From positions 64,811 to 128,810 of the forward strand of contig JBFMDU010000016.1 of NCBI GenBank assembly GCA_040753815.1: a stretch of DNA of 64,000 nucleotides. The letters are read 5' to 3'. This document shows, in pieces, positions 1 to 8,575 of this stretch. The notes under the pieces are model-generated. The model did not search any database and was not told the DNA's origin. It worked only from the letters and a program-made list of their open reading frames with translations. How positions within the stretch are numbered: position 1 is the first letter of the stretch; the number at the start of each line of letters is the position of its first letter. The stretch is from Chloroflexota bacterium (GTDB lineage: Bacteria; Chloroflexota; Dehalococcoidia; GIF9; JBFMDU01). The translations under genes were made by a program, and so were the position numbers.

Positions 1-2
1 AA

Positions 3-887
3 GTGATTCCAGCTACCGACGAGCAAATACTGAAGCGGCTAAATAAGGCGGAGAAGAAAGACGGAACTCTGCCAAAGCCGCTTCAGTTTTTTCGCGAACT
101 GGTAAGCACCCGCGCCGAAGTCAAAGACCGAATCGGCATCCTTAAACCGTCCATCAGCACTCCAGAGGCAAGCAAGCGTCTGGAGTTGGGAAGCCCGCTC
201 CTGGTTTTTGCCGAACTTAACGTTGATTGGAAATCGGTCCGCGACCTGTACCAGCAGGTAGCCAACCTGCTGGCCAAATACGCCGATGTCTTCGAGAATG
301 TCCCGCCCGCTGGGAAGGAGCCTTCCCTCGCCGACTTAATCGAAGCCGCCCGCGCCTGGTTCGAAGGCCATGCGCCGTCCCCAGATTCGGAAGTCGCACC
401 GGTAGTGCTTAGCGCCGCCATGCACCCGTTCCTCACCGCCTACCGCGAAGCGCTGGCCGGGCTCGTCAACCAGGAGCAATGGCTCCGCGGCTACTGCCCG
501 GTCTGCGGCGGCAACCCGGACCTCGCCTATATCGAACCCGACCGGGGAGAGCGGCGGCTCATCTGCTCCCGGTGTGACATGGAGTGGGCTTTCAAGCGGC
601 TGGAGTGCCCCTGTTGCGGTAACCAGGACGAGAAAACCCTCGCCTTCTACACCGATGACTCCGGACGCTACCGTCTTTATGTCTGCGAGAACTGCCGACA
701 CTACCTAAAGGCGGTTGACTTAAGGAAGGCCCCCCCGGATGTGCTCTTCCCCATTGAACGAGTGCTCACCGTCAATGTCGATGTCCAGGCGCGCGACGAC
801 GGGTATCTTCCTTGTACCGAGTGTCGGCGCGAGCAATGGTCAACTGGAGCCGCCGTGACATCTCCAGACGGCAACCAGTCAGAGTAG
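3..887 (+). CDS. fdhE: Formate dehydrogenase accessory protein FdhE-like
   Basis: 294-aa ORF. The C-terminal half has four CxxC pairs (CPVCGG, CSRCDMEW, CPCCGN, CENCRHYLK) in the arrangement typical of FdhE. The GTG start sits at the window edge, so the N-terminus may be incomplete. Tat genes follow. Confidence 0.75.
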   Translation: MIPATDEQILKRLNKAEKKDGTLPKPLQFFRELVSTRAEVKDRIGILKPSISTPEASKRLELGSPLLVFAELNVDWKSVRDLYQQVANLLAKYADVFENVPPAGKEPSLADLIEAARAWFEGHAPSPDSEVAPVVLSAAMHPFLTAYREALAGLVNQEQWLRGYCPVCGGNPDLAYIEPDRGERRLICSRCDMEWAFKRLECPCCGNQDEKTLAFYTDDSGRYRLYVCENCRHYLKAVDLRKAPPDVLFPIERVLTVNVDVQARDDGYLPCTECRREQWSTGAAVTSPDGNQSE

Positions 888-938
888 CCATTAGTATTAT
901 ACTCATATTCAGGATATAATTTCCCTCAGGAGGGAAAC

Positions 939-1139
939 ATGCCGTTCAAGATTGGACCATGGGAAATCGGGCTTCTCCTCTTGATAATCCTTATCATCTT
1001 CGGCGTCGGCAAGCTACCCCAGGTCGGCGGGGCCATTGGCAAGGGCTTGCGCGAGTTCCGCAAGGCACACAAGGGCGAAGAGACCGACGACGCAAACAAA
1101 GCGGAGAGCAAGGAACCCAAGGAAAATACTAAAAGCTAA
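939..1139 (+). CDS. tatA: Twin-arginine translocase subunit TatA/E
   Basis: 66 aa. N-terminal TM helix followed by the FG.GKLP hinge and an amphipathic helix ([25 protein letters not shown]). GGAGGGA ribosome-binding site upstream. Confidence 0.85.
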   Translation: MPFKIGPWEIGLLLLIILIIFGVGKLPQVGGAIGKGLREFRKAHKGEETDDANKAESKEPKENTKS

Positions 1140-1253
1140 TCGTCTGTACTGACTTGAAGGGGATTCTCTTCGCGCACTCTGTGCGCTCGAGGATGACAAC
1201 AAGATGTTCCGTACCAGGCAGAAAACAGTGCTAAAAATGACGAGGCTGGCCTG

Positions 1254-1454
1254 ATGGATTTTTTCGGCATGGGCACCGGCGAGATATTGCTCATCCTCGT
1301 CGTCGCCCTGGTGCTCTGGGGACCAGGACGACTGGTGGAAATCAGCCGCACCATCGGCCGTACCATGCACAACCTGAGGAAGTCAACCGTTGACTTCACC
1401 GCCCAGATAACCAGGGAACTGGAAGACCAGGATAAGAAACCGCCGTCGAAATAG
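1254..1454 (+). CDS. TatA/TatB family protein (TatB-like)
   Basis: 66 aa. Sequence GEILLILVVALVLWGPGRLVEISRTIGRTM matches the TatA/B TM-hinge-amphipathic pattern (GP.RL as in TatB). Lies between tatA and tatC. Confidence 0.7.
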   Translation: MDFFGMGTGEILLILVVALVLWGPGRLVEISRTIGRTMHNLRKSTVDFTAQITRELEDQDKKPPSK

Positions 1455-1477
1455 GCGGATATAATTCATCCCACCAC

Positions 1478-2224
1478 ATGAGTACCGAAAAGAAACTAAC
1501 CGTCCTCGGCCATCTCGATGAACTGCGGCGAAGACTAACCCGGAGCGTCATCGCTGTCGCTATAGCCACTGTCATCGCTTTCGCCTTTGCCAACTACATC
1601 TTCTACTTCCTCAAGCTCCCCGCCGGCGATATTGAGCTTGTTTTTATCGAAATGACCGAGATGATCAGCACCTATATGAAGGTCTGTCTCGCCGCCGGCT
1701 TCGCCATCACGATGCCCTACCTCGTCTACCAGTTCTTCGCCTTTGTCGCCCCAGCCCTCACCCGCAAGGAGAAAAAATATATTTACATCATCCTGCCCTG
1801 GGTGACCTTTATGTTCCTGGGCGGGATAGCCTTCGCCTATTTCGTACTCCTGCCGCCGGCGATAAATATCCTGCTGACCTTCGGCGAGGACATCGCTACG
1901 CCCCAGATAAGAATTGGCAACTATATCTCCCTGGTGACACGGATATTACTTGTCACCGGTCTTATTTTTGAACTGCCGGTGGTCACCACCTTCCTGTCCC
2001 GCCTCGGCGTTCTGTCGCCAAAGTGGCTGGCCGGCAAACGCAAGGCCGCCATCCTTTTGTCATTCGTTATCGCCGCCGTCGTCACCCCGACCATGGACCC
2101 CATCAACCAGACACTCGTCGCCGGTACTCTGATTGTCCTGTTCGAGATGAGCATCTGGCTGGCCAAGATATTCCAGCGCCGGCAAGTGCCCCAGACAGCC
2201 CGCGCCGGGGCCTCTGAAAACTGA
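1478..2224 (+). CDS. tatC: Twin-arginine translocase subunit TatC
   Basis: 248 aa with six predicted TM segments. N-terminal LGHLDELRRRL motif is characteristic of TatC. Confidence 0.9.
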   Translation: MSTEKKLTVLGHLDELRRRLTRSVIAVAIATVIAFAFANYIFYFLKLPAGDIELVFIEMTEMISTYMKVCLAAGFAITMPYLVYQFFAFVAPALTRKEKKYIYIILPWVTFMFLGGIAFAYFVLLPPAINILLTFGEDIATPQIRIGNYISLVTRILLVTGLIFELPVVTTFLSRLGVLSPKWLAGKRKAAILLSFVIAAVVTPTMDPINQTLVAGTLIVLFEMSIWLAKIFQRRQVPQTARAGASEN

Positions 2225-2344
2225 CGGAAAGGAGGAAAGCCATGTACCAGTCACAGCAGACATGAGCCATCCTTTCCGTCGGAGCGTGTCTCTCCGACAA
2301 GATTGCCCGCATCCTGAAATTAAGAAAATCGAAAGGAGACCACG

Positions 2345-3403
2345 TTGAGGAGGTTCTTCGGTCCCAAGACCTGGATTCTCGCTGCCGGCCTCGTGCTTGG
2401 CGTACTCGGAGCCTTGCTCGTTAAGTTCGGCAACCCGCCCAACATGGGCGTCTGCGTCGCCTGTTTCTACCGCGACATCGCCGGGGCTCTCGGCCTCGAC
2501 CGCGCTACCACCGTCCAGTACCTGCGCCCCGAGATCATCGGCTTCGTGCTGGGCGGCTTCATATCAGCCTATGCCTTCAAGGAATTCCGCGCCCGCGGCG
2601 GTTCGACGCCACTGGTGCGCTTCCTGCTCGGCATGCTGATGATGATAGGTGCGCTGGTCTTTCTCGGATGTCCCATCCGCGCCACACTCAGGCTGGCTGG
2701 CGGCGACCTTAATGGCCTGACCGGGCTGGCCGGGCTGGCCGGCGGTGTAGCCATCGGCGTCATCATGCTCAAACGCGGCTTCAGCCTGGGTCGGGCAGTA
2801 AAGCAAAAGACGGTTGCCGGCTGGATAATGCCGGCCTTCATGGCCGTCCTGCTCGTTCTGGCCTTCGTCCTTCCACCGTTCATCTTCTCCAGCCAGAGCG
2901 GCCCTGGCTCAATGCACGCCCCAATTCTCATCTCACTCGGGGCAGGACTCCTGGTCGGCTTCCTCGCCCAGCGCGCCCGGATGTGCTTCGCCGGCGCCTT
3001 CCGCGACCTGATAATGGTCAAGGACGGCTACCTGATTACCGGTGTGGTTTCGGCACTACTGGCCGCCTTCGTCTTCAACCTTATCCTCGGCCAGTTCAAG
3101 CTCGGCTTTGAAGGTCAGCCAATTGCTCACAGCAGCCACCTATGGAACTTCCTGGGCATGATGCTCCTCGGCCTGGCGGCGGTCCTGGCCGGCGGTTGTC
3201 CCCTGCGCCAGACCATCCTTTCCGGCGAGGGCGATACCGATGCTGCCCTTACCGTCACCGGCCTGCTTGCTGGCGCCGCCTTTGCCCATAATTTCGGCCT
3301 GGCATCAAGTGCCGAAGGCCTTTCCGCCCTGGGGCCATGGGCAGTCATTGCCGGGCTGGCAATCTGCCTGGTCCTGGGCTTCACCATGAGAGAGCAGGCC
3401 TAA
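2345..3403 (+). CDS. yedE: YedE/FdhT family selenium/sulfur-compound transporter
   Basis: 352-aa polytopic membrane protein with two halves each carrying a conserved Cys (GVCVACFYRD and GGCPLRQT), as in YedE/YeeE. Sits in a selenium gene context. TTG start per the ORF track. Confidence 0.75.
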   Translation: MRRFFGPKTWILAAGLVLGVLGALLVKFGNPPNMGVCVACFYRDIAGALGLDRATTVQYLRPEIIGFVLGGFISAYAFKEFRARGGSTPLVRFLLGMLMMIGALVFLGCPIRATLRLAGGDLNGLTGLAGLAGGVAIGVIMLKRGFSLGRAVKQKTVAGWIMPAFMAVLLVLAFVLPPFIFSSQSGPGSMHAPILISLGAGLLVGFLAQRARMCFAGAFRDLIMVKDGYLITGVVSALLAAFVFNLILGQFKLGFEGQPIAHSSHLWNFLGMMLLGLAAVLAGGCPLRQTILSGEGDTDAALTVTGLLAGAAFAHNFGLASSAEGLSALGPWAVIAGLAICLVLGFTMREQA

Positions 3404-3413
3404 GGAGCAACCG

Positions 3414-3953
3414 ATGCCTCTATTCGGCAAGAAAGACCGTAAGCCAGCTTTCGACGGCATCATCATCTTCCTCGATGTCCACGAAGCCATGAAGGCCGAA
3501 AAGACGCTCCGGGAAGCCGACTACGAAGTGAAGCTGGTCGCACCGCCGCGGCATTTGCGCAAAGGCTGTGACCTGGCCCTCCAGGTCAATCTGGTAGAGC
3601 AGGCCGGCATCGCCCGGGCACTCGACCAGAACGACATCGGCTACGTCGAGATTACCCCGCTGAGCGAGGCCAGCTCGGAACTGCTCCAGGTCGTCAGGAC
3701 AACCGACTTCGGTAAATGGCTCATGGTAAAGGCTGGCAACATGAAACTGACTTTTGAAAAGGAGACCGGCCGCATCGTCAACACCTCCGGCGGCGGCTGT
3801 CCCGATATCCCATACCTCCACTCCATCATGATCGGGAAGACCATTACCGAAGCGCCGAGCCCGCGGCGTGAGGGATACACCCTGTGCGCCGTAATGCTCA
3901 ACAGGGCCCTGGAAGAAAGCCACAAGATTGCCGAAAGGGGGAGCTTACCATGA
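3414..3953 (+). CDS. DUF3343 (putative Se/S carrier-like) domain protein with an extra C-terminal domain
   Basis: The N-terminal ~80 aa (IIIFLDVHEAMKAEKTLREADYEVKLVAPPRHLRKGCDLAL) fit the DUF3343 pattern, including the conserved Cys. A C-terminal ~95 aa of unknown type contains GGGCPDIPY. Adjacent to yedE. Confidence 0.6.
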   Translation: MPLFGKKDRKPAFDGIIIFLDVHEAMKAEKTLREADYEVKLVAPPRHLRKGCDLALQVNLVEQAGIARALDQNDIGYVEITPLSEASSELLQVVRTTDFGKWLMVKAGNMKLTFEKETGRIVNTSGGGCPDIPYLHSIMIGKTITEAPSPRREGYTLCAVMLNRALEESHKIAERGSLP

Positions 3954-4828
3954 TGTTGCTGGCTGGGACTGTCCCTGTCCAGGACATGCCGCTGACGGCC
4001 GGCGAGGTCCGATTCGATGGTGACTGCACCAGAGTCGGCGACCACGCCATCCCATCGACCCAAGGGACCGGCGCTATGATCAGTGCCGCCCTGGCAGTTA
4101 CCAACTGCCTGCGCTTGCCGCCGCCATGGGCGCTCGTCGCCGGTGATATTGGACGAGGCGCCGGCAGTCGGGAAATGTACAATTACCTTATCAACGGCAT
4201 CCTTGAGATTTCCCCCAGGGTGCTGGCGCTCCACTACTGCGTTCCCGACATGGCCCTCATGCGGAGCTTGTGTCAGGCAGTCGACAAATGCGACCGGCGG
4301 CCGGTGATGATAGCCGATGCCGGCTCGATGTACGCCGCCAAGGCCGCCGGCCTCGCCCCGAAGTTTGACATCATGACCCCCGATACCAGCGAGATGGCTT
4401 TCCTGGCCGATCCCGAGGCGACTCATCCGGCCTATATCGCCCGGCACCTCTTCGATACCGAGAGCGCCCGGATACCGGAGCTGGTAACAGCGGCTTACAA
4501 GAACAACAATGCCGCCCGTTACCTCCTGGTCAAAGGCTCGACCGACTACATCGCCTGCGAAGGCAAGATTGTCAGCACCATCACCGGCCCCAACATCCCG
4601 GCGCTGGAGCCTATCGGCGGCACCGGCGACACCCTCACCGGCTTAGTAGCCGCTTTGACCTACTACAGGATGGACCCGGAAGGCGCCTTGGTCACCGCCG
4701 CCCGGGCCAACCGGATTGCCGGTGAGGCCGCTGGGGCGACTCCGGCTACTCTGGTAAACAGCATTATCGAGAAATTCCCGGTAGTGCTGACCCGATACCT
4801 CAAACTCAGACCCGCCCATGATAACTGA
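3950..4828 (+). CDS. YjeF_C / ribokinase-like fold protein (NAD(P)HX-dehydratase-like carbohydrate kinase family)
   Basis: The ATG overlaps the upstream stop (ATGA) with a GGGGGAG RBS. Motifs IMTPDTSEMAFL, LLVKGSTDYI and GGTGDTLTGLVAAL resemble the YjeF C-terminal/HK-like kinase family. The 3884 start in the ORF track is probably a spurious extension. Confidence 0.5.
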   Translation: MMLLAGTVPVQDMPLTAGEVRFDGDCTRVGDHAIPSTQGTGAMISAALAVTNCLRLPPPWALVAGDIGRGAGSREMYNYLINGILEISPRVLALHYCVPDMALMRSLCQAVDKCDRRPVMIADAGSMYAAKAAGLAPKFDIMTPDTSEMAFLADPEATHPAYIARHLFDTESARIPELVTAAYKNNNAARYLLVKGSTDYIACEGKIVSTITGPNIPALEPIGGTGDTLTGLVAALTYYRMDPEGALVTAARANRIAGEAAGATPATLVNSIIEKFPVVLTRYLKLRPAHDN

Positions 4829-4836
4829 AAGGCAAC

Positions 4837-5055
4837 ATGAAAATGATAGAAGTTGATGCCCGTGGTTTCTCTTGCCCGGTACCGGTCATGAAGGCCGATA
4901 AAGCTATTGGAAAGAACCCGAAACAAGCTATCACCGTCCTGGTGGACAACCCGGCTTCCAAGGACAACGTCAGCCGCCTTGCCAGGAGCAAAGGGTACCG
5001 GGTGGAAGTGAAAACATCTGAGGGGGGCTACTGCCTGACACTGACGCCAGCTTAA
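4837..5055 (+). CDS. TusA/SirA/YedF family sulfur(selenium)-carrier protein
   Basis: 72 aa. DARGFSCPVPVMKA contains the CPxP active-site motif of TusA-like proteins. Last gene of the yedE cluster. Confidence 0.8.
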   Translation: MKMIEVDARGFSCPVPVMKADKAIGKNPKQAITVLVDNPASKDNVSRLARSKGYRVEVKTSEGGYCLTLTPA

Positions 5056-5096
5056 TTAAGTATGTGTCATCCCGATGCCAGCATTCCTCTTCTTAT

Positions 5097-5177
5097 GTCA
5101 TTCTGAGGGAGCGAAGCGACCGTGAGAATCTGGCGGGTGACTGCCACCCCAGATTCCTCACATTCGTTCGGAATGAC
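5097..5177. repeat. REP-like dispersed palindromic element (full unit)
   Basis: Left arm GTCATTCTGAGGGAGCGAAGCGACCGTGAGAATCTGG and right arm CCAGATTCCTCACATTCGTTCGGAATGAC are imperfect reverse complements. The same family recurs at more than 10 intergenic sites in the window. Confidence 0.7.
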
Positions 5178-5202
5178 ATCGAGAAGCCGGTTCGGCTATA
5201 CT
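5174..5202 (+). promoter_or_regulatory. Candidate sigma70-type promoter for tRNA-Sec
   Basis: TGACAT, 17-nt spacer, TATACT, ending 13 nt before the tRNA 5' end. Confidence 0.35.
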
Positions 5203-5215
5203 AGTTCCATCATCC

Positions 5216-5312
5216 GGGAGCGCCTGGGTCCCGGTGGGCTTCGCGGACTTCAAATCCGTCGGGAGGCATTTCTGATGTCTCCGGTGGGTTCGACTCCCAT
5301 GCGCTCCCGCCA
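5216..5312 (+). tRNA. selC: tRNA-Sec (anticodon UCA)
   Basis: Hand-folded. 8-bp acceptor stem (GGGAGCGC/GCGCTCCC). 6-bp D stem with a 4-nt loop. Anticodon stem GCGGA/TCCGT with loop CTTCAAA (anticodon TCA). Long 8-bp variable arm (GGAGGCAT/ATGTCTCC). 5-bp T stem with a TTCGACT loop. Discriminator G and encoded CCA. This is the 8/5 architecture of bacterial tRNA-Sec. Confidence 0.9.
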
Positions 5313-5324
5313 CCCCGCATCCTT

Positions 5325-5357
5325 ACCATTTCGAGCGCAGCGAGAAATCTGGCGGGG
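5325..5357. repeat. REP-like element (half unit)
   Basis: ACCATTTCGAGCGCAGCGAGAAATCTGGCGGGG matches the left-arm consensus of the dispersed family. Confidence 0.6.
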
Positions 5358-5467
5358 TGATGCTCTCAAAGTCACCGCCCGGTGACGGGGACTGCTCAGC
5401 CAGGGGATTGCTACGGTCAGGCAGATGCGTTATATTGGTGGCTTAAATTACTCGTGTGAGAGAACAG

Positions 5468-6553
5468 ATGGTAAAAAGAAACGTCAATTTTAATCCCGGC
5501 CCGGCGGCGATACCCCTGGATGTCCTCAAGACGGTGCAGGAAGAGCTCCTTGATTACCGGAACAGCGGCATGTCAATACTCGAAAGCTCGCACCGCGCCA
5601 AGGAATTCGAAGCGGTCAATGACCAGACAATCGCGCTGGTGCGCGAACTGCTCGGGCTGGGCAACGATTACCAGGTGCTGTTCCTCGGCGGCGGCGCATC
5701 CACCCAGTTCGACCTGATACCGATGAACTTTATCGGCGACGGCCAGACGGCCGCCTATGTGGACACCGGCGAATTCGCCTCCAAGGCGCTCAAGGAATGC
5801 CAGATTGTGGCCAGGGCGCACGTGGCATTTTCCTCAAAAGAGGAGAAATACCGCCGCGTGCCGAAGATGAGCGAAATCAACTGCCCGGAGGATGCCGCCT
5901 ACCTGCACCTCTGCTCCAACAACACCATCGAAGGCACCCAGTTCCACGAGTTCCCGGATACCGGCAAGGTGCCGCTGGTCGCCGACATGTCCTCGGACAT
6001 CGCCTCGCGCCGGCTCGATTTCAAGAAGTTTTCCCTAATCTATGCCGGGGCGCAAAAAAACCTCGGCGCCGCCGGTGTGACGCTGGTTGTCATCCGCGAT
6101 GATTTCCTAGCCAGGGGCAAAAAAGGCCTGCCGACCATGTTTAGCTACAAGACCCACGCCGATAACAAGTCACTGTACAACACGCCTCCGGTGTTCGGGG
6201 TCTATATCATGAAGCTGGTGCTGGAGTGGCTCAAGGGCAAGGGCGGCCTGACAGGGATGGAGAAAATAAACGCGGCCAAGAAGGATCTGCTGTACGGCGC
6301 CATCGACGCCGCCCCGGATTTCTACAAAGGCACCGCCGAGAAGGCCAGCCGGAGCTGGATGAACGTCACCATGCGCCTGCCGACCGAAGACCTGGAGAAC
6401 CGGTTCATCGCTGACGCCGCAAAGGAAGGCTTGCTGGGAATTAAGGGGCACCGTTCTGTCGGCGGCATCCGCTTCTCGATTTACAACGCGGTGTCTCTCG
6501 AGGACATCCAGAAGACCGTTGACTTCATGGCCCGGTTCCGCAAGACGGTGTGA
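5468..6553 (+). CDS. serC: Phosphoserine aminotransferase
   Basis: N-terminus MVKRNVNFNPGPAAIPLDVL and downstream SILESSHRAKEFE, GGGASTQF and SNNTIEGT are typical SerC motifs. ATG at 5468 is preferred over the GTG at 5456. Confidence 0.9.
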   Translation: MVKRNVNFNPGPAAIPLDVLKTVQEELLDYRNSGMSILESSHRAKEFEAVNDQTIALVRELLGLGNDYQVLFLGGGASTQFDLIPMNFIGDGQTAAYVDTGEFASKALKECQIVARAHVAFSSKEEKYRRVPKMSEINCPEDAAYLHLCSNNTIEGTQFHEFPDTGKVPLVADMSSDIASRRLDFKKFSLIYAGAQKNLGAAGVTLVVIRDDFLARGKKGLPTMFSYKTHADNKSLYNTPPVFGVYIMKLVLEWLKGKGGLTGMEKINAAKKDLLYGAIDAAPDFYKGTAEKASRSWMNVTMRLPTEDLENRFIADAAKEGLLGIKGHRSVGGIRFSIYNAVSLEDIQKTVDFMARFRKTV

Positions 6554-6640
6554 AAGCGGTGATAACGCTGTTGACCTAGCTTTCAGACGCGCGCGACGTT
6601 TCTGGTATAATCAAGACATCTGGCAATCTGAAGGGAAGCG

Positions 6641-6907
6641 ATGAGAGTTAGGAAAGTACAGGGGAAACAGGTTTCAAGACCATTCCAGGTCATCAGGGAA
6701 GGTCTAGTGCTTGAACTTCAGCCTGAGCCTGAAGGCGGCTACACCATATCAGTCCCTTCTCTCCCTGGATGCATCTCTTACGGGGAGACATTCGAGAAAG
6801 CTATCGAAATGATAAAGGACGCCATGGAAGGGTGGCTGGCTGTAGCTGAGCAAGAAGGCATCCCATTACCTGACCAATTCAGGCATTTGAAGGTAGCCGC
6901 AATCTGA
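6641..6907 (+). CDS. hicB: HicB family antitoxin
   Basis: 88 aa. YTISVPSLPGCISYGETFEKAIEMIKDAMEGWL is the HicB N-terminal domain signature. A TGgTATAAT extended -10 lies at 6603-6611. Immediately precedes hicA. Confidence 0.8.
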   Translation: MRVRKVQGKQVSRPFQVIREGLVLELQPEPEGGYTISVPSLPGCISYGETFEKAIEMIKDAMEGWLAVAEQEGIPLPDQFRHLKVAAI

Positions 6908-6939
6908 AAGAGGAACTGCCGTCTCTAAAATCGAAGGAG

Positions 6940-7131
6940 GTGGTTGCCGCCCTGGAACGGGCAGGCTTCGAGGTGAAGAGGCAAACAGGCAGCCACGCGA
7001 TTCTCTACAAAACTGGCCTCCGGCGACCGATTACCGTTCCATTACACGCAAAAGACATCCCTACCGGCACACTCCGGGCTATTATCAGACAAGCCAGTCT
7101 TACAATCACTGACTTTCTTCAGCTCCTTTGA
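6940..7131 (+). CDS. hicA: HicA family mRNA-interferase toxin
   Basis: KEVVAALERAGFEVKRQTGSHAILYK is the HicA SH3-like signature including the catalytic His. The in-frame upstream sequence LPSLKSKE looks like the usual N-terminus, so the true start may be a CTG near 6916. Confidence 0.75.
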   Translation: MVAALERAGFEVKRQTGSHAILYKTGLRRPITVPLHAKDIPTGTLRAIIRQASLTITDFLQLL

Positions 7132-7149
7132 ATCTCAAGGGGAATAAAA

Positions 7150-7392
7150 ATGAGGGCTTATATCCATAAATTGGGAAACAGCCTCGCCCTGCGCATCCCA
7201 AAATCCTTCGCTGGTGAAATAGGACTTCAGCGAGAATCGCCTGTTGAAGTCTCGCTAGCGGATGGGAAACTGGTTATCACACCAGTAGCCAGACCAGAGT
7301 TTTCCCTTAAGCAACTGCTGGCTAAGGTCACCAGAGAAAACCTGCACCATGAGGTTGATACCGGCCTCGCCATAGGTAGCGAAACATGGTAA
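7150..7392 (+). CDS. mazE: AbrB/MazE/SpoVT family antitoxin (no intact cognate toxin downstream)
   Basis: 80 aa. KLGNSLALRIPKSFAGEIGL and VEVSLADGKLVITPV form the swapped-hairpin AbrB/MazE motif. Confidence 0.75.
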   Translation: MRAYIHKLGNSLALRIPKSFAGEIGLQRESPVEVSLADGKLVITPVARPEFSLKQLLAKVTRENLHHEVDTGLAIGSETW

Positions 7393-7609
7393 ATCCCCGG
7401 ATTTATCATCCTCAATTTGCCACCCGAACTAAGACTACTTATTCAAGGTCATAATACTTTCGGGTTTTCCTGTGTCAGGAGCAATCTTATCAGACCAGGT
7501 TAAAAGCTTGGGCTAGCGTGCTCAGAAAGGAAGAGTTGATATGTACTTTGCCGGCCGAAACGATCTCGGAGACGCTCCAGAAGCTGGCCACGTTGTTCTC
7601 GTAAGTTTA

Positions 7610-7676
7610 GCGGACCCTAAATCTGTCGGGGGCATTTCTGATGTCTCCAGTGGGCTCGATTCTCATGCGCTCCCGC
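7610..7676 (+). repeat. Decayed direct repeat of the 3' two-thirds of tRNA-Sec (putative att remnant)
   Basis: Aligns with tRNA-Sec positions 5244-5311, from the anticodon stem to the 3' acceptor. About 8 substitutions and one 1-nt gap over ~68 nt. The anticodon TCA is changed to CTA. The 5' third of the tRNA is absent. Confidence 0.7.
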
Positions 7677-7704
7677 TATCGGCGTGCTTGAAATCCTGAT
7701 TACA

Positions 7705-8439
7705 TCAACAGTCTTTGATAGCTTCCTTTGCACCCTCATAGAATCCATATATAAACGCACCAAGTCGAAAGAGGACTTCGCCACATCTGGGACTACTAGG
7801 GTCATAGCCAAGTCGTTCTGCTACTTTAGCAGCTAGTAATTTGACGGCGATGCAATCACCCCGCTTCATATCCACCATGAGTCGATTAGCCGCTCGGGCA
7901 ATACACTCAGCGTGTTCCTCATCATACTCTGTCAAACAAGTTGAATTAATGCCGGATTTCTTTACCCAGTCTTCGAATATCCCTGACCGCATATAGTTTG
8001 TGAAGGCTACTGATGCCCTTCCAGCCCGCCCGTCTTGCTGGTGACCATCCTTCGATACAACAGTGGATTGTGCCAGGATCCGATTGTATTCGTACCCGAT
8101 AACCCAAATTTCAAACCGTCCAGTTTCTCGCAGGTACCGATGCGTAAAAACAGTCTGCTGTATTGGAGCATCGCCCTGTTGGAACTTTAACATCCAGGCA
8201 AGCCCGAACAATTCAACGCGTACTGCTGTCATTTCTTCTTCAAACTTAGCTTGGCCTATTTTCTCGAATGATGGGTCAGCTTCTACCAGGGACTTGTAAT
8301 AAGGCTCTAGAATGATTTGGCCCACATTCTCATGTCCAAGTGACTGGGAAACCGGATTCGGACTAAATAGGTAGTCGTCGTAGTAGTGGCGACAGAATTC
8401 TTCAACACTAACCTTCGGTTTGCGATCAAATAAGCCCAT
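7705..8439 (-). CDS. Hypothetical protein (low-GC insert)
   Basis: 244 aa from the ATG preceded by a GAGGAGG RBS (MGLFDRKPK...). No family recognisable by eye. Markedly more AT-rich than the flanks. Confidence 0.55.
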   Translation of the reverse strand: MGLFDRKPKVSVEEFCRHYYDDYLFSPNPVSQSLGHENVGQIILEPYYKSLVEADPSFEKIGQAKFEEEMTAVRVELFGLAWMLKFQQGDAPIQQTVFTHRYLRETGRFEIWVIGYEYNRILAQSTVVSKDGHQQDGRAGRASVAFTNYMRSGIFEDWVKKSGINSTCLTEYDEEHAECIARAANRLMVDMKRGDCIAVKLLAAKVAERLGYDPSSPRCGEVLFRLGAFIYGFYEGAKEAIKDC

Positions 8440-8575
8440 ACTGATGTACCTCCTCAACCCAGAATACTTTATTCAAGAGCAAGGCTCAAGAATACTACGT
8501 TCATCGTAATTAATTCGGCTAGTTAGCCGAATTACCCAGCCATTAACAAAACAATATCCAACCACAGTTCCAACG

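Noticed and set aside
5122-5385. 87-aa ORF
   Set aside because: It is read through a REP-like repeat and straight across the tRNA-Sec gene, so it is not a protein-coding gene.
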